From assembly GCA_003150035.1 (NCBI GenBank), contig QALR01000018.1, positions 101,259-165,258 of the forward strand: 64,000 bases of DNA. Reading direction: 5' to 3'. Made by a program: the position numbers and the translations under genes. The notes under the pieces are model-generated. The model saw nothing but the letters and a program-made list of their open reading frames with translations. It had not been told where the DNA came from and made no database searches. The DNA comes from Clostridiales bacterium (GTDB lineage Bacteria; Bacillota; Clostridia; Oscillospirales; CAG-272). This document shows, in pieces, positions 34,456 through 43,486 of this stretch (its first letter is position 1; every line of letters begins with the position of its first letter).

Positions 34456-35796
34456 TTATCCGACCAAAACCTTTTCCGTCGGACGCTGTATGTCGGTCTT
34501 CTCCCCCTCCGTCGAGAAAGCAAGCGCAAGAGAAAGTCCGCCGACACGCCCGGCATACATCAGAAAAGCGAGAATCCATTTGGAAGCCGTTCCGATATAT
34601 GGTGTGATTCCCATCGTCAGCCCGACCGTTCCGATGGCGGAGCTGGTTTCGAACAAAGCCCGTTCAAGGTCAATGGATTCCAGCGCCATGATTGCAACCG
34701 CACAGCCCAAAGCTAGCACAATATAGATGGTAGTGATCGCGCACGCCTGCTTGACCGTCTCATCGGAAATCCTTTTCTTGAAAACCGTAATGCTGTCCTT
34801 GCTTCGCACGGATGCTACAACGTTCAAAATGACAATGAAGAAAGTTGCGGTTTTAATACCGCCCGCCGTAGAGCCGGGGCTTCCGCCAATCAGCATCAAA
34901 GCAATGGACAAAATACCTCCGCCGTCGGTCAGCCTGGCCTGATCAATCGTATTGAAGCCCGCGGTTCTCGTCGTAACCGACTGAAACAGCGCGCCAAGAA
35001 GCTGTTCTCCGGTACTCATGCCCGCAAGCGCGCCCTTTTGTTCAAGGAAATAAAAGCCGATCCATCCTCCAAGAATCAAAAAAGCCGTCGTTGTGAGTAC
35101 GATTTTGGTATGCAGGGCATACTGCCTAAAATGCCATTTGCAGCGAAGCAAATCCGACCAAACGAAAAACCCGATACCGCCGATGACAATGAGTGCCATC
35201 AGGGTAAGCTGTACGACCACATCGTCCTGCATCGTCATAAAGGAAGAAAACTGCCCATACCGCCCCATAACGTCGAAGCCGGCATTACAGAACGCTGAAA
35301 TAGAATGGAAAACCGCGCTCCAAAGCCCGTCTGCAAATCCCATCTTCGGACAAAATCTGGTAGCAAGAATCAAAGCTCCCGCACCCTCGAACAAAAGCGT
35401 TCCGCGCAAGATCTTGCGAATCAATGTCGTGACACCGTTTAGCTGTACGTAACCCGCCGATTGCATCAAAAGGCGTCTCTTGTGCAAACTAATTCGTTTA
35501 TGCATGAAAATGGTAAACATGGTCATGACAGTCATGAAGCCAAGTCCGCCAATTTGGATCAATAAAATGATTATAAGCTGTCCCACGAAGCTCCAATGGG
35601 TATAGGTATCCACCACAACAAGCCCCGTTACACAGGTGGCGCTGGTCGCCGTAAAGAGCGAATCCAAAAAAGGAGTCCATTCTCCCTTGGCCGAAGAAAA
35701 CGGCAGACATAGTAAAAGGGCTCCCGCTAAAATGACGAGAAGGAAGCTGAGTGCAATTAACTGCGTATAAGTCAATCTATGACGTTTGATTTTCAA
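34456..35796 (-). CDS. trkH: K+ transporter membrane subunit (TrkH/KtrB)
   Basis: About 446 aa polytopic protein with repeated selectivity-filter-like GGxG/TAGF motifs (TRTAGFNT, GGSPGSTAGGIK). TTG 35796 is 7 nt after GGAGG. The track start is TTG 35823. Confidence 0.9.
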   Translation of the reverse strand: MKIKRHRLTYTQLIALSFLLVILAGALLLCLPFSSAKGEWTPFLDSLFTATSATCVTGLVVVDTYTHWSFVGQLIIILLIQIGGLGFMTVMTMFTIFMHKRISLHKRRLLMQSAGYVQLNGVTTLIRKILRGTLLFEGAGALILATRFCPKMGFADGLWSAVFHSISAFCNAGFDVMGRYGQFSSFMTMQDDVVVQLTLMALIVIGGIGFFVWSDLLRCKWHFRQYALHTKIVLTTTAFLILGGWIGFYFLEQKGALAGMSTGEQLLGALFQSVTTRTAGFNTIDQARLTDGGGILSIALMLIGGSPGSTAGGIKTATFFIVILNVVASVRSKDSITVFKKRISDETVKQACAITTIYIVLALGCAVAIMALESIDLERALFETSSAIGTVGLTMGITPYIGTASKWILAFLMYAGRVGGLSLALAFSTEGEKTDIQRPTEKVLVG

Positions 35797-35856
35797 GGCA
35801 AAACCTCCAGCGAAATACGGCAAACAACCGCATAATCAGCTCGAAAATGCTTCCCT

Positions 35857-35885
35857 ATTATAGCACGCACCTATTTTTTTGTCAA
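35857..35885 (-). promoter_or_regulatory. Consensus sigma-A promoter of trkH-trkA
   Basis: Reverse strand TTGACA (35885..35880), 17 nt, TATAAT (35862..35857). Confidence 0.75.
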
Positions 35886-35910
35886 GCAACTCTATTCAAA
35901 AGACTGAGCA

Positions 35911-35939
35911 TTGACAAAAAGACAATTAAATGATAAAAT
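35911..35939 (+). promoter_or_regulatory. Sigma-A promoter of the small Cys protein gene and ldhA
   Basis: TTGACA (35911..35916), 17 nt, TAAAAT (35934..35939), with TGn extension. Confidence 0.7.
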
Positions 35940-35995
35940 AAAATATATATATTTAGCAATTTTGTTAAACATATGAGTTAGAAGAGAGGTACCGC

Positions 35996-36193
35996 ATGAA
36001 AAAAGGAGAAAAAAGATCCTTGACCAACTGTGAAACCTGTGTTTTTTACGATTGGGATGACCATTACGATGCCTATATTTGCACAGCGGATCTGGACGAG
36101 GATGAAACGGGACGCTTTGTGCACGGCAATACCGAACAATGCCCACATTATCGCTTTTATGATGAATATAAAAGCGTGCAAAAGCAAAACTAA
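35996..36193 (+). CDS. Small hypothetical protein with four cysteines
   Basis: 65 aa: CETC...C...C with acidic stretches. GAGAGG SD. It has its own consensus promoter. Confidence 0.6.
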   Translation: MKKGEKRSLTNCETCVFYDWDDHYDAYICTADLDEDETGRFVHGNTEQCPHYRFYDEYKSVQKQN

Positions 36194-36243
36194 GGATAAA
36201 AGTTATCGGAGAAAACACATTTCTTTGCCAAAGGAGGATTATT

Positions 36244-37224
36244 TTGAACAAAATCGCGGTTTTTGACGTCAAGCCCTATGATATCCCGGGGTTGGAACGG
36301 TACAGCTCTGAGGCCGGAATCCAATTCAAATATTTTGAAACCAAGCTGAACATCGACACGGTTGGTCTTGCCGCCGGGTCGGATGGTGTATGCGTGTTTG
36401 TAAATGATGATATCTCGGGTCCTGTTATCGACAGGCTTTGTGAATACGGCATAAAGCTGATTGCCCTGCGCTGCGCAGGGTTCAACAATGTGGACCTGCG
36501 CGCAGCAGACGGAAGACTTTGCATTGTACGCGTCCCGGGATACTCTCCGCATGCGGTGGCGGAGCATGCTCTCGCCATGCTGCTCACGCTTCTGCGGAAA
36601 ACCCACAAGGCGTATCTGCGCACACGGGACTTTAATTTCAGCCTGACAGGTCTTGTGGGAATGGGTCTTTATGGAAAAACCGTCGGTGTTATCGGAACCG
36701 GCAGAATCGGCAGAGTGTTTATCGATATCTGCCGCGGACTTGGCATGCGCACCGTCGCCTATGATGTTTATCCCGCAAAAGACACCGATATCGAATATGT
36801 GCCTCTCGATCGCTTGTTTGCCGAATCAGATATCATTTCTCTCCACTGCCCGCTCACGCCGGAAACCACCCATATGATAAACACCCGAAGCCTTGGCAAG
36901 ATGAAAGAGGGCGTCATTCTGATCAATACCTCACGCGGCGCTTTGATTGATGCGGAAGCACTGCTCGAGCAAATCAAGAAAAAGAAAATCGGCGGGGCAT
37001 GCCTTGACGTATATGAGGAAGAATCCGATATTTTCTTTGAAGATCTTTCCGACCATATCATGGGCGACGATGTTCTGGCGCGCCTTATATCTATGCCAAA
37101 TGTGCTGGTCACCTCGCATCAGGCATTTTTGACGGACGATGCACTAGAAAGCATTGCAAAAACCACCGTGGAAAACATCGCTTCCTTTTTCCGCGGGGAG
37201 CCTCCGAAAAACGAGGTGAAATAA
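36244..37224 (+). CDS. ldhA: D-lactate dehydrogenase / D-isomer-specific 2-hydroxyacid dehydrogenase
   Basis: 326 aa. GVIGTGRIG NAD motif and catalytic R..E..H context (NTSRG, ..DVYEEE.., VTSHQAF). TTG start after AAAGGAGGA. Confidence 0.9.
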   Translation: MNKIAVFDVKPYDIPGLERYSSEAGIQFKYFETKLNIDTVGLAAGSDGVCVFVNDDISGPVIDRLCEYGIKLIALRCAGFNNVDLRAADGRLCIVRVPGYSPHAVAEHALAMLLTLLRKTHKAYLRTRDFNFSLTGLVGMGLYGKTVGVIGTGRIGRVFIDICRGLGMRTVAYDVYPAKDTDIEYVPLDRLFAESDIISLHCPLTPETTHMINTRSLGKMKEGVILINTSRGALIDAEALLEQIKKKKIGGACLDVYEEESDIFFEDLSDHIMGDDVLARLISMPNVLVTSHQAFLTDDALESIAKTTVENIASFFRGEPPKNEVK

Positions 37225-37230
37225 TCGCAA

Positions 37231-37277
37231 AAATCCCTTCCTTTGACCGAAAAAGGCCATGCGGAAGGGACTATTTT
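37231..37277. terminator. Bidirectional terminator between ldhA and the convergent membrane-protein gene
   Basis: AAATCCCTTCC-(21 nt)-GGAAGGGACTATTTT. The reverse strand also ends in TTTTTGCGA. Confidence 0.7.
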
Positions 37278-38097
37278 AACTTTGAGGGGGTCTGTCTTCT
37301 CCTGCGCAAACAGGAAGTTCCTGCTCATCCGGCACAGAAGAGCAGCCATTTTCTGAATGTTTATCCGCGGGAGGAAGTGCTTGCCCCTTGCCACCAGACG
37401 GGAGCGCCGTCTTTTGTGTTTCTGCTTCCAAAAGCTTTGGAACCAACCATTCCTTTTTGTGCTTCAGGGAGATATATCCGATGACAGAAGCGGCAAAGCC
37501 GCCCACCGCATCAATGATGATATCCTCCATCGTATCGACAAGCGCCGCATGCCCGACAAGCACTGTTCCGTCCGGCGTTGTGAATTTTTGCATATTCAGT
37601 CCCAGAAGTCCGTCAAAAACATATTCATAAATCTCCCAAAGTGCTCCGATCGTCACGGCAAAGCAAAACGCAAACAGGGAAACGAATACCGGAGAGAGCC
37701 GAAACATCACCTTTTCACTTTTGTTGAGAATCGCCACAAACATAAAGCCGAGAAAGCCGGAAACCAGACTGCTGGAACAATGCAGAATTACGTCCCAGAA
37801 CGGAACACGATTGAACATATCATAAAACTCGCCAAGAAAAATCGCACAATAAAGAAAGACAAGATAAAACACATATAAGAGGGACGGGATCTCAAAGCGC
37901 AGCTTCTCAGACAAGAAATCCGGCACATGCAGAACAATCAGGCCGAGCGCACATTGCAGCATGGTCAAAAGATTCACCGTATCAAAAACACCCAGCACCA
38001 TTTCCACTAGATAATAAATCAACGGAGCCGCAAAGCTGATGAGTACCACCCAATAGGCAATTCGTTGAGATTTTGTGCGCGACAGTTTTTTCGCCAT
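37276..38097 (-). CDS. Hypothetical polytopic membrane protein with a hydrophilic C-terminal tail
   Basis: 273 aa with about 6 TM segments. No family recognised with confidence. Confidence 0.6.
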   Translation of the reverse strand: MAKKLSRTKSQRIAYWVVLISFAAPLIYYLVEMVLGVFDTVNLLTMLQCALGLIVLHVPDFLSEKLRFEIPSLLYVFYLVFLYCAIFLGEFYDMFNRVPFWDVILHCSSSLVSGFLGFMFVAILNKSEKVMFRLSPVFVSLFAFCFAVTIGALWEIYEYVFDGLLGLNMQKFTTPDGTVLVGHAALVDTMEDIIIDAVGGFAASVIGYISLKHKKEWLVPKLLEAETQKTALPSGGKGQALPPADKHSENGCSSVPDEQELPVCAGEDRPPQS

Positions 38098-38187
38098 GTG
38101 TCCCTCCGTTTTGTTGGTATATCAAAAATTTATGAAAAACTTCCTTTGGATATTCAGACAAAAACCATTGCCGTAAACAAAAAGCGA

Positions 38188-41139
38188 TTACTCTGTCCGC
38201 AGAGCGACAACAGGATCCTTTTTCGCCGCAATCCTCGATGGAATAAGTCCGGCAATCAAAGTCAAAGCGATGCTGATGATAACGAGAATGACCGCTCCGA
38301 GCACAGGCAACGAAGCACTTAGCGAACTGATTCCCGTCAGCGCGTGTAAGATCAGATTGACCGGAATGGTAATCAGCAGTGTAATACCAATTCCCAGCGC
38401 TCCGGAAATAAATCCTACTGATGCTGTCTCCGCATTGAATACACGGGAAATATCCCGTTTGGATGCGCCGATGGCGCGCAGGATGCCGATTTCCTTCGTT
38501 CTTTCCAAAACGGAAATATAGGTAATGATTCCAATCATAATAGAGGAAACGACAAGTGAAATTGCCACAAAAGCAATCAAAACATAAGAAATGGCATTGA
38601 TAATCGTCGTGATAGAACTCATGAGAAGCGCAACATAATCGGTATAAGAAATTTGATCCTCATCAGGCACGCCCTCATTATACGCAGCGATCAGCGCAGA
38701 AATATTGTCTTTGTCCTCAAAGGTTGCAGCATAAATGCTGATAGAGGAAGGGCTATCCAAATCGACATAGCCAAGCCGCTCAAGATTTTCTTCCAACGTC
38801 GCCTCAGAGGTCGTTGCCGGCATATATTCGTCATAAAGCGCCGCATACTCCGCCTCCGTAAAGATTTCGGCGTCAAAAAGCATGGCAAGCGCATCCGCAC
38901 TCATTGCTGAAAGCTCCGCCTCCACTCTCGCCGCATACTCTTGTGCAATAGTTGTCTTTACGGACTCCAAGACGGCGGCATACAGCTCTTCGTCACCCAT
39001 CGATTCAATATAGCCGCGGATTTCCGTCGTTTCCGTAATACCAAGCTGCTCCGCATAGGCGGCGACTACCATTTCCACAAGTTGCTCGCGGGTATACTGC
39101 GCAAGATACTCGTTTGCCGCCGCATCTAAATCCTCTTCAGGCATTTTGGCCTGAATCGAAATATACAGCGCAGCTTTTTCCGCATTGGTAAGTCCACCGA
39201 AATATTCCTTGATTCGCTCCGCCTTTTCCGCATCGGTAAGATTTTCTTCCCCTTCATTGACAAATGGCAACCCCGTCAAAATATCCACGGTGGGAGCCGC
39301 GAGCTGCTCCTTGACGATATCGCTTTCCTGCGCATGACGAATGGCATACTCGGTGAGCGCACTGGTATAGCCGATGGCCCCGCTCATCATGGAAGAAACC
39401 GCGTCTCCGTTCGGGCGGATGATGCCGGAAACTTTCAAGGTGATAGGCTTATCCGACTGATAAAGCAAGGAAATACCGGCTTCGCTCGCAGAAAGGTCCG
39501 TATAGGTTCCGTTTGTATTTTTGGAATAAAAATCCGAAGAAAGGATTAGTTTGAATGTTTTATCGCAGATTTCCTCATACGACCAGCTTTCCACCTTTCC
39601 TGTTTCTGTATTGCCCTCCATGGAGTCGATAAGCTCTTGTCTGACCTCCTCGGTCGTCTTTAGTCCGAGTGCATAAAGCGCAAGGTCGCTGATTTCATTG
39701 TTGTCATCCACAATCAAAACAATTTCATTATAAGAGGATGGCCAGCTTCCGTAAAGCAGCTCATACTGTTCATATAAAAGATCGTTGACAAGAGCGCCGT
39801 CCTCCCCGGGAAGCATTTCCTGCCAAACATCGAAGGAGGAAAAGGACATCATCTCATCCGAGCCTTGCGGCATGATAGAAAGGGCCTCCATCAATTCGGC
39901 AAGATCGGATTTAATGATATTTCCGTCCGTATCCTCGGTGTAAATATTGAAATCCAACGCGTAGGTATACTGAATCGCGCTGATATATTCAGCAAACTTC
40001 GGCGTTTCTTCCAGATATTTTTTGAAAGCCGCGAGATTGTTGTACTGAACGCTAGTGCTCGACAGGGAGCTGAGTAGTTCATACATGACGCGATTGGCAT
40101 AGACTGCGTCAAGCTCATGCCCCACTGTCTGCGACGCGTTCGTATTCATAATCGTCGTGATAAGCCCCGTCATATCCACAGATTCCTCTTGAATGGTAAT
40201 CGGATAGCTAGACAGCGTGTCCTCTTGGACACGGTTAATATAACCCTGAACACCATTGGAAACCGCAAGAATGAGAGCAATGCCGATAATACCAATCGAG
40301 CCGGCAAAGCTCGTCAAAAAGGTCCGGCCCTTTTTCGTTTTTAAATTGTTCAGCGACAAGGAAAGCGCGGTAGCAAAGGACATGGAGCGATTTTTCAGCC
40401 TTTTTTCCTTTTTTCCCGCTTTCTTTTTTTCCGTCTCGGCATTTTGAGAGGATTCTATTTCATGATAGGGATTGCTGTCGCCCGTAATTTTTCCATCCAG
40501 AATACGAACAATTCGTGTAGAATATTTCTCCGCAAGCTCCGGATTATGTGTTACCATGATGACAAGTCTGTCTTTGGCAACCTCGCTGAGAAGCTCCATA
40601 ATTTGAACGCTTGTCTCAGAATCCAAAGCGCCTGTCGGCTCGTCCGCAAGTAGAATTTCCGGATTATTGACGAGCGCCCTCGCGATAGCAACACGCTGCA
40701 TCTGCCCACCGGAAAGCTGATTGGGCTTTTTATAAATTTCGCCGGCAAGGCCAACCTTTTCAAGCGCATTTTTCGCACGGCTACGTCTCTCCGCCCTCGA
40801 CACGCCGGAAATCGTCAGCGCTAGCTCAACATTGGCAAGCACGCTCTGGTGCGGAATCAAATTATAGCTCTGAAAAACAAATCCGATAGAATGGTTGCGA
40901 TAGGCATCCCAATCCGCATCGCGAAACTCCTTCGTGGATTTTCCGCTAATGATGAGATCGCCGCTCGTATATCCGTCAAGCCCGCCGATAATGTTGAGAA
41001 GCGTCGTTTTTCCACAGCCGGAAGGTCCTAGCACCGAGACAAACTCCGATTTTCGGAATTCAATATCAATTCCGCGGAGCGCCGCAACCTTGCTCTCTCC
41101 GGCAGTATATTCTTTACAGATTTGTTTCAGAACGAGCAT
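38188..41139 (-). CDS. Fused ABC transporter ATP-binding / FtsX-family permease protein (MacB-type architecture)
   Basis: 983 aa. The N-terminal ATPase has GPSGCGKTT, LSGGQMQRVAIARAL and LLADEPTGALD. It is followed by TM1, an extracytoplasmic region of about 560 aa, and a C-terminal 3-TM FtsX domain. Confidence 0.88.
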   Translation of the reverse strand: MLVLKQICKEYTAGESKVAALRGIDIEFRKSEFVSVLGPSGCGKTTLLNIIGGLDGYTSGDLIISGKSTKEFRDADWDAYRNHSIGFVFQSYNLIPHQSVLANVELALTISGVSRAERRSRAKNALEKVGLAGEIYKKPNQLSGGQMQRVAIARALVNNPEILLADEPTGALDSETSVQIMELLSEVAKDRLVIMVTHNPELAEKYSTRIVRILDGKITGDSNPYHEIESSQNAETEKKKAGKKEKRLKNRSMSFATALSLSLNNLKTKKGRTFLTSFAGSIGIIGIALILAVSNGVQGYINRVQEDTLSSYPITIQEESVDMTGLITTIMNTNASQTVGHELDAVYANRVMYELLSSLSSTSVQYNNLAAFKKYLEETPKFAEYISAIQYTYALDFNIYTEDTDGNIIKSDLAELMEALSIMPQGSDEMMSFSSFDVWQEMLPGEDGALVNDLLYEQYELLYGSWPSSYNEIVLIVDDNNEISDLALYALGLKTTEEVRQELIDSMEGNTETGKVESWSYEEICDKTFKLILSSDFYSKNTNGTYTDLSASEAGISLLYQSDKPITLKVSGIIRPNGDAVSSMMSGAIGYTSALTEYAIRHAQESDIVKEQLAAPTVDILTGLPFVNEGEENLTDAEKAERIKEYFGGLTNAEKAALYISIQAKMPEEDLDAAANEYLAQYTREQLVEMVVAAYAEQLGITETTEIRGYIESMGDEELYAAVLESVKTTIAQEYAARVEAELSAMSADALAMLFDAEIFTEAEYAALYDEYMPATTSEATLEENLERLGYVDLDSPSSISIYAATFEDKDNISALIAAYNEGVPDEDQISYTDYVALLMSSITTIINAISYVLIAFVAISLVVSSIMIGIITYISVLERTKEIGILRAIGASKRDISRVFNAETASVGFISGALGIGITLLITIPVNLILHALTGISSLSASLPVLGAVILVIISIALTLIAGLIPSRIAAKKDPVVALRTE

Positions 41140-41257
41140 AAAAGAAGCGTCCTTTCCTGAACGATTATAAAAACTAAGGCCATTACAATATCTATATAAA
41201 TAATAGTATAAATTTATTTTATGAATAGCTTATGAATGGAATGTATATTTTCATACA

Positions 41258-41300
41258 TCAAGAAGGAACGCTGCCTGTAGATATCACAGGCAGCGTTCCA
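41258..41300 (-). terminator. Strong hairpin after ftsH (probable terminator)
   Basis: Reverse strand GGAACGCTGCCTGT-gatatc-TACAGGCAGCGTTCC-TTCTTG: a 14-15 bp stem with a weak U-tract. Confidence 0.6.
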
Positions 41301-41310
41301 CGCCGTTTTA

Positions 41311-43341
41311 TCAAATATCCGGACGGAATGGATTCTCTCCGTTTCTGGCCTTTTCTTCTTCAGCACGGCGACGGGCCTCTTCCTCATCGCGGCGTCGCGC
41401 TTCCGCCTCTGCCGCCTCACGAAGCTTGTTTTCCTCCTCGGAACGGCGGCGCTTTTCTTCGCCGATTTTCACGATTTCCTCCATCGTAGCATCGGTTTCC
41501 ATCGCTGCTTTAAACTGTTCGTCATCCATGATTTCATTTTCAACCAAGAAAGCAGCAATAAAATCAAGCTTTTCACGGTGCTCGGAAAGAATCTTCTTTG
41601 CCCTCGCATATGCCTCATCGATGATCTTCTTGATTTCACTATCAATCACGGCAGCCGTCTGCTCGGAATAATCCTTCCCCGTATTGAAATCACGCCCGAG
41701 GAACACTTCGTCGTCGCTGTGCTCGCTGCCAAGGTGGATAGTTCCGACAGCATCGCTCATGCCGTAAACGGTAACCATTTTGCGGGCGATCTGCGTGGCC
41801 CTCTGAATATCGTTGGAGGCACCGCCGGAAATATCGCCGAATACGATTTCCTCCGCCGCGCGTCCGCCAAGGAGCATGGCAATGTTCTCTCTCAGCTCGT
41901 TTTTATACACGCTGTATTTATCCTCAACCGGAGGATTCAGCGTATAGCCGAGTGCTCTGCCGGAAGGAATAATCGATATCTGACGCACCGGGTCCTGCGT
42001 CGGCAGGAAGTGAGCCAGAATCGCATGACCCGCCTCATGATAAGCGGTCTTGCGCTTTTCTTCTTCTTTAATTTTGTAATTGCGCTTCTGGGTTCCGACC
42101 GTAATTTTGATAAGAGATTCCTCAATATCCACCATGCCAATGAGCGCCTTGTTCTTTCTCGCCGCGAGCAGCGCCGCTTCATTGAGCAGGTTCGCAAGGT
42201 CCGCACCGGTAAAGCCAACCGTGGTCTGCGCGATTTTCTTTAGATCCACATCATTTTCAAACGGCTTGCCTTTCGCGTGTACCTTAAGAATATCCTCTCT
42301 GCCCTTGATATCGGGATAATTCACGGTAATCTGCCTGTCAAAACGTCCCGGACGCAAAAGCGCCGGATCGAGGATATCAGGACGGTTGGTCGCCGCAATG
42401 ACAATGACGCCGTCATGTCCGCCGAAGCCATCCATTTCCACAAGCAATTGGTTTAGCGTCTGCTCCCTCTCGTCATGTCCGCCGCCAAGGCCCGTACCGC
42501 GGCGGCGGCCCACTGCATCAATTTCGTCGATAAAGATGATGCTCGCAGGCGCTTTCTTTGCCGTCTCAAACAGATCGCGCACACGAGAGGCACCGACGCC
42601 GACATACATTTCGACAAAATCGGAACCGGAAATAGAGAAGAAGGGAACGTCCGCCTCGCCTGCCGTTGCCTTAGCAAGCAGCGTCTTACCCGTTCCGGGA
42701 GGACCGACAAGCAGCACACCGCGCGGAATTTTAGCGCCAAGTCTGCGGTATTTTGCCGGGTCACGCAGGTATTCTACGACCTCGCGCAGCTCTTCCTTTT
42801 CCTCGTCCGCACCAGCGACATCACTAAAATAGACACGGGTTTTATCCCGATTCGGCACCTTCACACGCGCTTTGGAAAACGCAGTCATTTTGCGTTCTCC
42901 ATCCGAAAGCTTATTTGCCATATAGAACCAGAACGCCACGCCGATAACCAGAATAATCAAATACGGCAAAAGTGACACAAGCCACGAGGTCTGCCTCGGC
43001 TCCTCGATGACATAGGATTTCAGCGTCCTCTGCTCTTCAGGCAGATCGAGCTGCGCATCGATGTATTCATCGACATCTGCCTTGAACATCAGAAGATCCC
43101 GCAGACGAAGCTGATAAGTTTTCGGGTTTCCATTGGCATCGGTTTCCGTTGTCTTGATGGTTAAGAGATTGCTCGAGCTGATGCTGCACTCGACAACCTT
43201 GTTGTCATGAAACAGCTCAAGCACTTCTCCATATGTGATGCTCTCGGCGCTGCTTCTGCTGCTCAGCAGACTGAGGCACGCCAGAATCAAAGCGGCAATC
43301 AGGACGACATATAGAATAATCGTCTTTGTGTTTCCCTTCAT
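41311..43341 (-). CDS. ftsH: ATP-dependent zinc metalloprotease FtsH
   Basis: 676 aa. Walker [12 protein letters not shown] region, and HEAGHA zinc motif. Charged Glu/Arg/Ala-rich C-terminal tail. Confidence 0.97.
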   Translation of the reverse strand: MKGNTKTIILYVVLIAALILACLSLLSSRSSAESITYGEVLELFHDNKVVECSISSSNLLTIKTTETDANGNPKTYQLRLRDLLMFKADVDEYIDAQLDLPEEQRTLKSYVIEEPRQTSWLVSLLPYLIILVIGVAFWFYMANKLSDGERKMTAFSKARVKVPNRDKTRVYFSDVAGADEEKEELREVVEYLRDPAKYRRLGAKIPRGVLLVGPPGTGKTLLAKATAGEADVPFFSISGSDFVEMYVGVGASRVRDLFETAKKAPASIIFIDEIDAVGRRRGTGLGGGHDEREQTLNQLLVEMDGFGGHDGVIVIAATNRPDILDPALLRPGRFDRQITVNYPDIKGREDILKVHAKGKPFENDVDLKKIAQTTVGFTGADLANLLNEAALLAARKNKALIGMVDIEESLIKITVGTQKRNYKIKEEEKRKTAYHEAGHAILAHFLPTQDPVRQISIIPSGRALGYTLNPPVEDKYSVYKNELRENIAMLLGGRAAEEIVFGDISGGASNDIQRATQIARKMVTVYGMSDAVGTIHLGSEHSDDEVFLGRDFNTGKDYSEQTAAVIDSEIKKIIDEAYARAKKILSEHREKLDFIAAFLVENEIMDDEQFKAAMETDATMEEIVKIGEEKRRRSEEENKLREAAEAEARRRDEEEARRRAEEEKARNGENPFRPDI

Positions 43342-43486
43342 GTCTTCATTTTCCTCCGGAGGTTGACGTTATAGAATAAACAAAAAATGAAATTCTCTCA
43401 AATTACGGTTAGTATAGCAATTTTTAATGTCACTGATATGGAAAAAATGTGAACATTCTTTATATTTTATTAAAAGCCGGGGCTCT

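Noticed and set aside
35797-35995. Expected a c-di-AMP (ydaO/kimA-type) riboswitch upstream of trkH-trkA.
   Set aside because: A consensus promoter at 35857..35885 leaves a leader of only a few tens of nt, which is too short. None of the conserved ydaO sequence blocks are visible. The region is explained by two divergent promoters.
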